64,000 bases of DNA. Source: Mustelus asterias. Lineage: Eukaryota. The stretch covers positions 744,001-808,000 of the forward strand of contig NC_135830.1 of NCBI RefSeq assembly GCF_964213995.1, written 5' to 3'. The position numbers were made by a program, and so were the translations under genes. The notes under the pieces are model-generated. The model made no database searches, was not told where the DNA came from, and saw only the letters and a list, made by a program, of their open reading frames with translations. Positions 51,065-62,346 of this stretch are shown piece after piece. Each line of letters starts with the position of its first letter. Position 1 is the stretch's first letter.

Positions 51065-51412
51065 CGCGCTGTGGGCGGGGCTTAGCCCTGGCGGACCGAT
51101 CGGAGCTCTGAACTGCGCATGCGCAGTTCGAAAACAATCTGACCGGGCGCACCCGGGCGCAAAAGAAAAAAAAACAGAAAGCGGAGAGAGCGGCTCTCTG
51201 AAGATTATCCTCTGGTGGGGGGCGGTGGGGGCGGGTGGGAGGGTGGTAGGGACCCAGATCATCCAATGGTCGGTGGGGGGGGGGGGTTCGGCTGCCGGTC
51301 TGCGGCCGATCGGTGGGGAGGGAGGGGGCAGGGGGTTCCGCCTCCACTCTGCGTGCAATCCCTCCTCCCCACCGGAGGAACAAATACCTCCTGCCGGAGT
51401 GGACGTGCAGCA

Positions 51413-51567
51413 ATGCCATCCCACAAAATCTTCAGGATGAAGCGATTCCTCGCTAAGAAGATGAAGTAGAACCGGCCGATTCCATAGTGGATCCACGTGA
51501 AAAACGGCCACAAGACCAATACAACTCCAAGAGGAGATGCTGGAGAAGGACCAAGCTGGGCCTGTAA
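51413..51567 (+). pseudogene. RPL39: processed ribosomal protein L39 pseudogene (left arm)
   Basis: [33 protein letters not shown]-(1-nt deletion)[15 protein letters not shown]. Intronless, two stops. Confidence 0.93.
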
Positions 51568-51679
51568 AGGGATACACCGTCACTGGTACACTACCAGCCA
51601 CAGATTACTCTTCCCTGCAGGGGCAAGAGAGCGAGAGAGATGGCTGTGGCTGGTAGTGTACCAGTGACGGTGTATCCCT

Positions 51680-51834
51680 TTACAGGCCCAGCTTGGTCCT
51701 TCTCCAGTGTCTCCTCTTGGAGTTGTACTGATCTTGTAGCCGGTTTTCATGCGGATCCACTGTGGAATCGGCCGGTTCTGCTTCATCTCCTTGGCGAGGA
51801 ATCGCTTCATCCTGAAGGTTTTGTGGGATGGCAT
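51680..51834 (-). pseudogene. RPL39: processed ribosomal protein L39 pseudogene (right arm)
   Basis: [35 protein letters not shown]-(1-nt deletion)[15 protein letters not shown]. Intronless, same frameshift as the left copy. Confidence 0.95.
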
Positions 51835-53017
51835 TGCCGCACATCCACTCCGGCAGGAGGGATTCATTCCTCCGGTGGGGAGGAGGGATCGCCCGCAGAG
51901 TGGTGGCGGAACCCCCTGCCCCCTCCCTCCCCACCGATCGGCTGCAGACTGGGGGCAGAACCCCCCCTGGCCAGAGGATGATCTGGGTCCCCCCCCCCCC
52001 CCCCCCGCAACCAGAGGATGACCTGGGTCAGAGAGCCGTTGGAAAGCTCTGACCCCGCTCTTCGGATGCTGCAGTGAGCAGTGACGACTTCAGACTTTTA
52101 TTTTGCAGATCGCTTTCAACGCAGATGCAGAATGGGCCAGAAGACGGTAACGTGGGATTTGGCAATAGGGTTGGGCACGCAGTTCATTAAGTCGATTTAA
52201 ATGCATGCAAATGCATTAACTCATTAGGCCGCCCGATTCGGGCGCGGGCCGGACCCGCGCCGAATCGGGTGTCGGTAAAACCGCGATCTGCTCGGAATCG
52301 GGTGCAGATCACGGTATAGGCCCGACGCCCACCTTTACCGCGATTTCGCGCCCGTTTGGTAAAAATCGGGCCCATTGTGTTGAATTATTTTGTGGAATGA
52401 GACAAATCAATAGGGAAGGAATGGGACTGCTGGATAATAACATCACAAGAGGAATGTGGCTGCAATTGCTGGAAACCGTTGCAAAACAATGGGTGGAGAG
52501 TGGAACTGCCTCAGAATATTACAGGGACTGTAAGAGGGAAATAAAGAATATAGTTTATTGCAGCATGTTCGTGCAGACCTGCGAGGGGATAGCGCCAATA
52601 GCGAATATGGTTTATGAAGGGATCTTTCTAATAGGTTAAATGGCTCGTCAAAGGCGGCCGAGGAATCTATGTAAAATTCTTAGAAGGTTGATGTACAATT
52701 GCACATTCAGGGGAAAAGAACATGTTGATGTCAACAAAGACTGTTTACACAGTTAGGCCGACAGCTAAAATGCCGAGTGAGTTCGGCACTTTCTCAAAGC
52801 ACGTAGTGCAAGGCCAAGCCTGGTGGCAACAACAGATTCGGAAGTGGCCCGAAAAAATAGGGGAAACAGATGATTCTTGAAATAACGACACCCTGCCTCA
52901 TACTGTCTGTAAATTTTTGAGCGTGAAACAAAAATAGGCAATGTTGGAATTTAAACAATATGCTGCCCACGTGATTTTGAGCTGCTTATTTATCCCATTA
53001 ATCATCTCATTAATTAT

Positions 53018-53670
53018 CTCAAGTGGATAGAGCCGTGAAGAAGGCCTATAGTGTGATGGCATTCATTAACAGGGGGTTTGAGTTTAAGAGCCGTGGGGTT
53101 ATGCTGCAACTGTACAGGACCTTGGTGAGACCACATTTGGAATATTGCGTGCAGTTCTGGTCACCTCACTACAAGAAGGATGTGGAGACACTGGAAAGAG
53201 TGCAAAGGAGATTTACCAGGATGCTGCCTGGTTTGTTGGTTAGGTCTTATGAGGACAGGTTGAGGGAACTTGGGCTTTTCTCTTTGGAGCGGAGGAGGTT
53301 GAGAGGAGACTTGATAGAGGTTTATAAGATGATGAGGGGGATAGACAGAGTGAACGTTCAAAGACTATTTCCTCGGGTGAATGGAGCGGTAACTAGGGGG
53401 CATAACTATAGGGTTCATGGTGGGAGATATAGGAAGGATGTCCGAGGTAGGTTTTTTACTCAGAGAGTGGTTGGGGCGTAGAATGGGCTGCCTGCAGGGA
53501 TAGTGGAGTCTGAAACTTTAGGAACATTTAAGAAGCTATTGGATAGGCACATGGAATACTTCGGGATGATAGGGAGGAAATAGCTTGATCTGTGTTTCAG
53601 ACAAAGCTCGGCACAACATCGTGGGCCGAAGGGCCTGTTCTGTGCTGTACTGTTCTATGTTCTATGTTCT
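53018..53670 (+). mobile_element. CR1 3' fragment, same subfamily as 34992-35599
   Basis: ORF 53023-53481 and (TTCTATG)n tail. Confidence 0.92.
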
Positions 53671-54540
53671 ATTGTTGTCCAATTGGCTACAGTTTTCTTC
53701 AGAGTTTTTTTTTCTGAGTTGGTGCTCTCCCAATGCATTGGCTATTAAATGATTGTTCTGTACTCCGGACTCCTGAGCTAATTTTGCATGAACACTACGA
53801 TGCAATAGAGTTATTGGGCAATAGGAGCAATTTTGGAATTGTGCTGGTGTAATCATTAAGTCTGGGAGAGTGAATATGGTGTTTAATACATACAGAGCAA
53901 TGAAGAGAGATATGAAGATTGGTTTGGAATTGTCATTTGATTTAGTGGACGTTCGGTACAGGCCTATTGAGAGTGCCTGTGTCAGTGGATTTGCATTGTT
54001 CTGTTACCGAATTATGGAGTACAAAGGTGGTTGGGAAAATAGCATATGACTTAAACAGAGTCATGGGAGAGAACGGGCCTGTTGGTATCGTATTGAGTTG
54101 ATACATATTAAGACTGCAACCTGAGTGAACCAGTCTTTCGACTCTTTTCTACCATTCGAGATAACAATGTACCTGGTTTATAACTCACACACGTGCTTTG
54201 GTCACACATCCTCTGAAACAATTTGTGGAACAGATTATAAATTGAGCTAATAGTTTTGACTGTTTGTTGGAAAGGGTTGCTCAGCTCCAGCCTAACTATC
54301 ATGAAGAAGCATTCCATATCACTGTTCTCAGCGGCCTGACATTCAGTTTGAGACCATGTCCACTGTCTTCAGTGCACATCACCAAAAGCAGAAAGATCTG
54401 GTTGCCTCGATCGACTCATTTTTAAAAGAAAGGGATCGAATCCCCATTTAGGAATTTAGAATGCATGGAATTACAGGCGAATTTCTCGAATTTCTATTCA
54501 TGATGTAATACTGCGACGCCTGCTAACATTGAGATATATC

Positions 54541-55745
54541 AAAGATCAAAGAGAACAAAGAAAAGTACAGCACATGAACAGGCCCTTCGGCCCTCCTAGT
54601 CTGCATCGACCATGCTGCCCGACTGAACTAAAACCCCCTACCCTTCTGGGGACCGTATCCCACTATTTCCATCCTATTCATATATTTGTCAAGACGCCCC
54701 TTAGAAGTCACTTTCTCCCCCGGCAGCGAGTTCCAGGCACCCAGCACCCCCTGGGTAAAACAACTTGCCTCATATATCTCCTTTAAACCTTGCCCCTTGC
54801 ACTTTAAACCTATGCCCCCTCGTAATTGACTCTTCCACCATGGAAAAATGTTCTGACTATCCATTCTGCCGATGCCCCTCATAAGCTTGTTGACTTCTAT
54901 CAGTTCGCCTCTCAACCTTCATCATTCTAGTGAGAACAAACCATATTTCTCCAACCATTCCTCAGAGCTAATGCCCTCCATACCAGGCAACATCCTCATA
55001 AATCTTTTCTGTACCCTCTCCAGAGCCTCCACATCCTTCTGGTAGTGTGGCCACCAGAATTGAGCACTATATTCCAAGTGCGGACGAACTAACGTTCTAT
55101 AAAGCTGCAACATGACTTGCCAATTTTTAAACTCAATGCCCCGGCCATTGAGCGCAAGCATGCCGTATGCCTTTTTGAGTCCCTTCTCCACCCACGTTGC
55201 CACTTTCAGTGGCCTGTGTATCTGTACACTCAGATCCCTCTGCCTATCAACACTCTTTCGGGTCTGCCATTTATTTCATATTTCCAATCTGCTTTAGACC
55301 TTCCAAAATGCATTAACTCACATTTGTCCGGATTAATCTCCATCTGCCATCTTTTCGCCCAAGTCTCCAACATATCTATGTCCTGCTGTATCCTCTGATG
55401 GTCCTCATCGCTATCCGCAAATCCACCAACCTTTGTGTCGTCTGCAAACTTACTAATCAAACCAGTTACATTTTCCCCCAAATGATTTATATATATTACA
55501 AACAACAAAGATCCTCGCACTGGTCCCTGAGGAACGCCACTTGTCACAGCCCTCCATTCAGAAACGCATACTTCCACTGCTACTCTCTGTGTTCTATGAT
55601 TGAGCCAGTTCTGTATCCACCTTGCCAGCTCATCTCTGATCCCAAGCGACTCCTGCACCTGTCTGCCATGAGGGACCTTAGCAAAGACCTTACTGAAGTC
55701 CATGTGGACAACATCCATTGCCCTACCCTCACCAGTCATCTTCGG
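54541..55745 (-). mobile_element. CR1 RT/3' fragment
   Basis: GVPQG, ISKFADDTK and LVRPHLEY in minus-strand ORFs. Confidence 0.9.
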
Positions 55746-56880
55746 CAAAGTGTTTATTTCATGGGCAATATTTCCACCTTCATGACCAGTTTAAATTATT
55801 TTTCATGACGCTCCAGATTTGTTCGTGGAAGGACTTTCTGGTGCTGCACAAAATATCTGCTGCTTTACTGTCCAGCCTTGTTGTCATAGAAGACTAACTT
55901 GCAGTTGGCCTTTTTGAATAATTTTCATTCATTTTTTTCGTTATTTTAGTCATTTGCTGACATGGATTCTTAAACTATTTTGGACGTCACTTTCCCCATT
56001 TGTTTTCTTCATTCACTTCAACGATTCTGGCATTTCCTTTCTTCCCAATTGGCTGCCCTCACATTTACCTATGTGGAAAGTCCTCCACAATTTAATCCAT
56101 TCACCTAAATTGTCAAGCTCCTTTGTAATTCTATGCTACATCTACAATAATTAATATACCACCAACTATTTCGGGATCAGAAAACTTGGACATATAATTT
56201 TTAATTGTGTTATCCAAATTCTGAGGCAGATAATGAATAGCTGAGACCAAAGACTGATAGTGCTGAAGCACATGCAGTCACTTCCATTGAAATCTCTTTC
56301 ATGGTCCGTTGGGCTTTCAGTCTGTCTTCTACTTCCTCACTGGTCTAAACAAGTCGACAATTTCCCTTTAATTCCATTCGCAGTACTGTAGCCTAACATT
56401 TCTTTGTGAATGGAATGTTTTCTAATGCATTCTGGAAACAGAGATCGGCAGCACTTATGGACAGTAGGTTGTCCAATACCAAAGTTGTTTCTTAAAATGT
56501 GTCCCATAGTTATTAGCTTGGCAGTACAGAAATTTAGTATTGCTTATAAAGACACAAGCTAGCCAAAAGAAAAATCGTCATGCGCTCATCAGGACAGATT
56601 TCAAAAATGCCAGCAGTAATAGGAGAACAACAATTTATAATACATGAGAACAATATGTGATTTGATTGGCAAGTGGGCTCGAATTGGTAGAGATGCCGCC
56701 TTTGGAAATGCAGCATGGTTATTCCAGCTAAATTAACTGGCAACCCATCCAGGCAAAGGCTGACGGGAACCGTTTTTCTTTCAGTTTTCAATTGATGCAG
56801 AATAACAGAAGGCACACAGAAAAGTACAGCAACAAGTCCTTTGGCTGTCCAAACATGTGCTGATCATGATGCTCTAACTA

Positions 56881-57827
56881 AATGGATGAGGGTATAGTTG
56901 GGTGGATTAGCAAATTTGCTGATGACACCAAAGTCGGTGGTGTGGTAGACAGTGAGGAAGGGTGTCGTAGTTTGCAGGAAGACTTAGACAGGTTGCAAAG
57001 TTGGGCCGAGAGGTGGCGGATGGAGTTTAATGCGGAGAAGTGTGAGGTAATTCACTTTGGTAGGAATAACAGATGTGTTGAGTATAGGGCTAACGGGAGG
57101 ACTTTGAATAGTGTGGAGGAGCAGAGGGATCTAGGTGTATGTGTGCATAGATCCCTGAAAGTTGGGAATCAAGTAGATAAGGTTGTTAAGAAGGCATATG
57201 GTGTCTTGGCGTTTATTGGTAGGGGGATTGAATTTAGGAGTCGTAGCGTTATGTTGCAACTGTACACAACTCTGGTGCGGCCGCACTTGGAGTACTGTGT
57301 GCAGTTCTGGTCCCCACATTACAGGAAGGAGGCGAAGGCTTTGGAGAGGGTGCAGAGGAGGTTTACCAGGATGTTGCCTGGTATGGAGGGGAGATCCTAT
57401 GAGGAGAGGCTGAGGGATTTGGGATTGTTTTCGCTGGAAAGGCGGCGGCTAAGAGGGGATCTTATTGAAACATATAAGATGATTAGAGGTTTAGATAGGG
57501 TGGATAGTGATAGCCTTTTTCCTCTGATGGAGAAATCCAGCACGAGGGGGCATGGCTTTAAATTGAGGGGGGGTAGTTATAGAACCGATGTCAGGGGTAG
57601 GTTCTTTACCCAGAGGGTGGTGAGGGATTGGAATGCCCTGCCAGCATCAGTAGTAAATGCGCCTAGTTTGGGGGCGTTTAAGAGATCCGTAGATAGGTTC
57701 ATGGACGAAAAGAAATTGGTTTAGGTTGGAGGGTCACAGTTTTTTTTTTTAACTGGTCGGTGCAACATCGTGGGCCGAAGGGCCTGTTCTGCGCTGTAAT
57801 GTTCTATGTTCTATGTTCTATGTTCTA
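56881..57827 (+). mobile_element. young CR1 3' fragment with an uninterrupted 280-aa ORF, nested in an older antisense CR1
   Basis: ORF 56882-57724 with FADD and a (TTCTATG)n tail. Flanked by the older minus-strand copy (56815-56880 and 57828-58420). Confidence 0.92.
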
Positions 57828-58420
57828 AACCAAAACAAAATTCTGCCCTTACTCGGTCAATATCCCTCTATACCCTCCCGACACATGTATCCATCCAGGT
57901 GCCTCTTAAATATCGCTAATGCGCCTGCTTCCCCCACCTCCTCTGACACCAGGCACCCACTACTCTCTGTGTGAAAGACTAGTCCCGCGCATCTCCCTTA
58001 AACATCCCTCTTCTCATCTTGAATCTGTGCTCCCTTGTAATTGATATTTCCACCCTTGGAAAAAACCTTTGGCTATCCACTCTGTCTATGCATCTCATAA
58101 TTTCTCCCCTCAGCCTCCGTCTTTCCAGTGAAAATCCGAGTTTATTCAACCCCTCCTCATAGACAACACCTTTGAGACCAGGCAACATCCTGGTGAATCT
58201 TCTTTGCATTCTCTCCAATCTTCCACGTCCCTCTGGAAGTGTGCTGACCAGGACTGTACCCAAAACTTCAAATGCGGCCTAAGCAACGTTTTATACAAGT
58301 GCAACGTGTTTTTCCAACTCCTTTACTTAATGCCACGGTTTCTGAAGGCATGCATGTCATATGCCTACTTAATCACCTTGGCCCCTGTGTTGCCCACTGT
58401 TAGGGTAAACCTGCACGCCC
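57828..58420 (-). mobile_element. older CR1 3' fragment (host of the 56881 insertion)
   Basis: QRRFTRMLPGL and SLERRRLRG on the minus strand. Confidence 0.85.
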
Positions 58421-61309
58421 AGATCCTACTGAGTCATAACAGCGGATACAGAATATTTTTGGATTGTTTTCTTTGTAAATAGTGAGAGAAGTATTGTGGG
58501 ATTTGTTTTGTAGTTTGGCAGAACTATCAGGAGGCATAGGGCTTTGTAGTTTGCTTTGGATTCCCACCTTACTACGGACAGGGTGGAGCAGAAAATGTAG
58601 CTCTGTATAAATTTAAGGGTTTTCGATTAGTGACCGTAACGGTTGATTTTCTTAGTGATATGCAGCAATGGCGAGAGTTCTAATGATGTGAATAGTACTC
58701 AGTTGAAACCTCGATGTGAACACTGTGAGACATAATATGGCAGCATGGCACATTTTGTATTGGCCAGGGCTGTGGACACCGAGTGAGATAATTCAATCGT
58801 TTTTGGATCTCGTAATGAAGCAATGCTGTGTATAGGTTCGGATTGATCCTCTAGGTTTAGTTTGGAATTAATACAGGTTGATGTGGAGAGAGTAGCCAAA
58901 ATGGGAAAATATTCTCATCGATGGAGAACGATGGAGATGAAGTGAAGCAGTGCGATTAGTTTAGCATATGTACAGGGCCCATTGGAGAAAGAGAACAGTC
59001 GGCATTAGGTTTGAGTCTACAAAGATATAGGGAGCGAAATGGGCCAATATTTCTCATTCATAATGGCTATGCTGAAAGAGGGAACAGTGAAACTAGTTTG
59101 GGAATTATGTATGGTGAAGGGCAGCGAGCTGTGGCGTTATTTTATTTAGGGATTCATGCAGTGCTATGGGGATTTATGCATAATTACTTTGTAATTTACC
59201 CCGGGCTACTGGAAGCGACATTAACAGTGGATTACTTTGGGTTTGTTATGGATCTACAGGGGAGATAGACTGGAAGGGCAATTAATCTGTGCAAGCTTCA
59301 GGTCTATAGATGAGCCTGTGACAGTGGGAGTAGTACGGAAATGATACGAGGTTTATGGCACAGCACCGGACACTGGGATTAGTCTGGAAAATATACAGTG
59401 CTATAATGATGCATGTGTGGGGCAGTGGCATTAATATGTAAATGATGCAGGGATAACGAGAGAAGGAGAGGTAATTGGATTGGTTTGGTCTTGCTGCAGG
59501 GTTCTGAGATAGACTGCAGTATTGTTGTCTGCAGCAAATTATCGTCTCTTGTGAGAAAAGTAACAAAAGTGAAGTAAAGGTTACAGTCATATAAGCCGTG
59601 GACCTATTTTAGGGCTCGACCTTTTTAATAATCTGCTGCTCCAATGATATTATGATTATGATCAATATAGATTTATACATGACTGCGGGAATTGAGAGGA
59701 GTAGTGGAATGAGTTTGTAATTGATATAGGGCGAGGGGAAAGACGGGACATTGGGTTTATTTTCGGATTGCTCAAGACAATTTTTGAAAAGTAGACATTT
59801 AAGTTATCTTGATATTGGTGCAGGGTTGTTACGAGGGACAGGAGTCATGCAATTTGTTTCAGATTGACATTGGATCACGTGGCGAGAGTGTGGCAACAAG
59901 TTTTGTCTGAGCCTCATAAATGGTAAAGAGCGTAGAAACTGATAGTGACAGAGAGAGGCATGGAATTAGAAAATAGCAGGGACATGGAGCGTAGACCGAC
60001 GCTTTGGATTGTAGGAGTAATTATACTCTGTGGTGAAGATAGACCAGTACCGTTAATTTAAGAATATCGCAATGTTATGGGGTGAGAGTGGGCTTCGAGA
60101 TTAGTTTCCGAATTGGTAGAGACATTGGGAGTGTGTCAGGAAGCGGTATTAATTTAAAAATTGATACAGAGCTATGGGGCAGAGTGGACCATTGGAATGA
60201 GAGTGCGAATTGATACAGAACGATGTGAAAAGAGCGGCAATGTGGGATCCTTATGGCATTGAGAAAGGGCTATGGGGCACACACAAAGAATAATATAATA
60301 GATAAACATTTTTCATGGTACAAAGTAACTGAAATACCATATTCCTGTATCCATTGTGTTTACTACATGTCAGTGGTAATCAATAGTTTCTGAGTCAGTT
60401 TATTTTTTTTCTCAACAGTGTGTAACCATGGAAACTGTTCGAGGCCGCTATCAGCAGCAGGCAAGTTTCCTGAACAGACTCTCTGAACTTCTCAAACTCG
60501 CGTAATCGGAAAGGAAGCCATTAATCATTCTCTGTTCGTCCCAGACAGATAACGGCCACATCATATGTAATCACAAAGGGTGAGAAAAAATGCTCCGTAA
60601 AATTTCTGATGCGGAGTGGGGCAGTATATATTGAGCACAATAACATTAAGATATATGTGGAATTTTACTGAACATATGAATTCCACTCTCCCAATGAATT
60701 CTAAAGCTGCATCTCAAACAATTTGACATTTCGTTCCTTAAGTCATTGCTGCCTGATCTAGCACGCTTCCTTTATTAAACATTGATTTACCCTGCGCTGG
60801 GAGGACTAGTTACAGTAGATCATCGTTTTGCCCAATAAATTGTTGATTTCTAAAAACAAAATCCCTGGCTTTATTGGAAGTACTAAGATAAACCTGTCTT
60901 AAACTGGAGTCCTTTCACAATATTCAAAGCAACACACACAACAAGAGTTGGACGCACGACAGAAACCTCCATGATTCAAAAACATCTGGCTCATTTCTTG
61001 CCATTGCGAGGCGGCAGTTTTCTTTGAGGTTTCGAAATTATGTCATTATTGTGAACATCATCATCATAATTAACATGATATTTCTCATCATCAGTATCGC
61101 TATCATTCTTGATATGTTTCCTATTATTTGTTGCAAACTCCCAGCCCGGGTCAGAACACACAACCCGTGCAGTGAACAAGTACTGTCATTTCACGATGCT
61201 CTCATAAGATGTCAAACTTTACAGTTCAAAATTCTAGCACAAAAATGTTGCTCTGTATTCATCACACTTACATATGCAAAAGTTTTATTCCTTTACCATG
61301 TGTCTTGTT

Positions 61310-61580
61310 GGGCAGCAAGTGGTTAGCGCAGCGTCAGGGACCCGGTTTCGATTCTCAGCTTTGCCCACTATCTTTGCAGAGTCTGCATGTTCTCCCCATG
61401 TCTGTGCGTGTTCCCACCGGGTGCTCCGGTTCCCTCCCATAATCCGAAATACATGCTGGTTAGGTGCAACAGTTATGCTAAATTCTCCATCAGTGTACCC
61501 GAACAGTCGGCAGAGTGTGGCGACTCGATGATTTTCACAGTCACGTCATTGCAGTGTTCATGTAAGCCTACATGTGACGT
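61310..61580 (+). mobile_element. degenerate SINE variant
   Basis: gtggttagcgc, gggtgctccggttccctccca, and the tail shared with the 40940 copy. Confidence 0.75.
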
Positions 61581-61983
61581 TAAATTTAACCTTGCATTCC
61601 GAGACTGTCTTCGTGAATTATTTGCCGTTCTATCGTATGTACTCAGTGCGAGTCTCGCCTGATGAAATTAAGCAGCTCTGTTCTTCCTCCTTCCAGTGCT
61701 CCCCGGTTAATACTGTTTGTCAACAGATTCGAGCGCTTCAACGATGGTCGACCATGATATTCTCCAAACAGCCATCGAGTAATACTTAAACTCCTGGAAA
61801 CTGTGGATTGTGAAAGACCCTCCAGCCTAGTAAATTACATTTGGTCAGACAAGAAAAAAGGAATGAAATGTAGATTTTTCTGTGTAGATGCGCTATCGCA
61901 TGTGATTTAAAACATTGTAACACGCCAAGTAGGTAAACAGGTGTGTTATGGTGCTTATGAAGCTCTTCCACTTTATTCAATCT

Positions 61984-62270
61984 CATAGAATCCCGACAGT
62001 GCAGAAGGAGGCCAGTTGGCCCATCGAGCCTGCACCGACAAAAATCCCACTTGTTCCCCTAACCCCACGTATTTACCCCACTAATCGGGCACGAAGGTTC
62101 AATTTAGCATGGTCAATCAACTTAATCTCTTTGGAGTGTGGAAGGAAACAGGAAACCGACGTAGACACGGGAAAAACGTGCAAACTCCACACAGTCACTG
62201 GAGGGATGAATTGAAGCTGTGCCTCTGGCCTTGTGAGACAGCAGTGCTAACCACTGTGCTGCCTTGCCGC
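61984..62270 (-). mobile_element. degenerate HE1-type SINE
   Basis: catagaatcccgacagtgcagaaggaggcc...gcagtgctaaccactgtgct. Confidence 0.8.
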
Positions 62271-62346
62271 TTCACTGTATCACACAGTATGAATGTATCC
62301 TCAATTAATTTCTCATCCATACAATTATCTAGATTCTGATCAAGTG

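Larger units (their letters stand above)
50579..52373. mobile_element. non-autonomous PIF/Harbinger-like DNA transposon carrying an inverted RPL39 duplication
   Basis: TIRs GGGCCTGATTTTACCA and (reverse complement) GGGCCCGATTTTTACCA. 3-bp TSD ATT at 50576 and 52374. GC/CpG-rich interior with no transposase. Confidence 0.75.

Noticed and set aside
50954-52052. Long Pro/Gly-rich ORFs over the hairpin
   Set aside because: By-product of GC-rich palindromic sequence. Only the RPL39 frames are recognisable.
58450-60300. Switch-region-like or CRISPR-like G-rich repeats (also ~44880-45230)
   Set aside because: Only a highly degenerate ~45-bp periodicity (gctatgggg...agagtgg) with no AGCT-rich switch motif or identical repeats. 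The DNA is eukaryotic.
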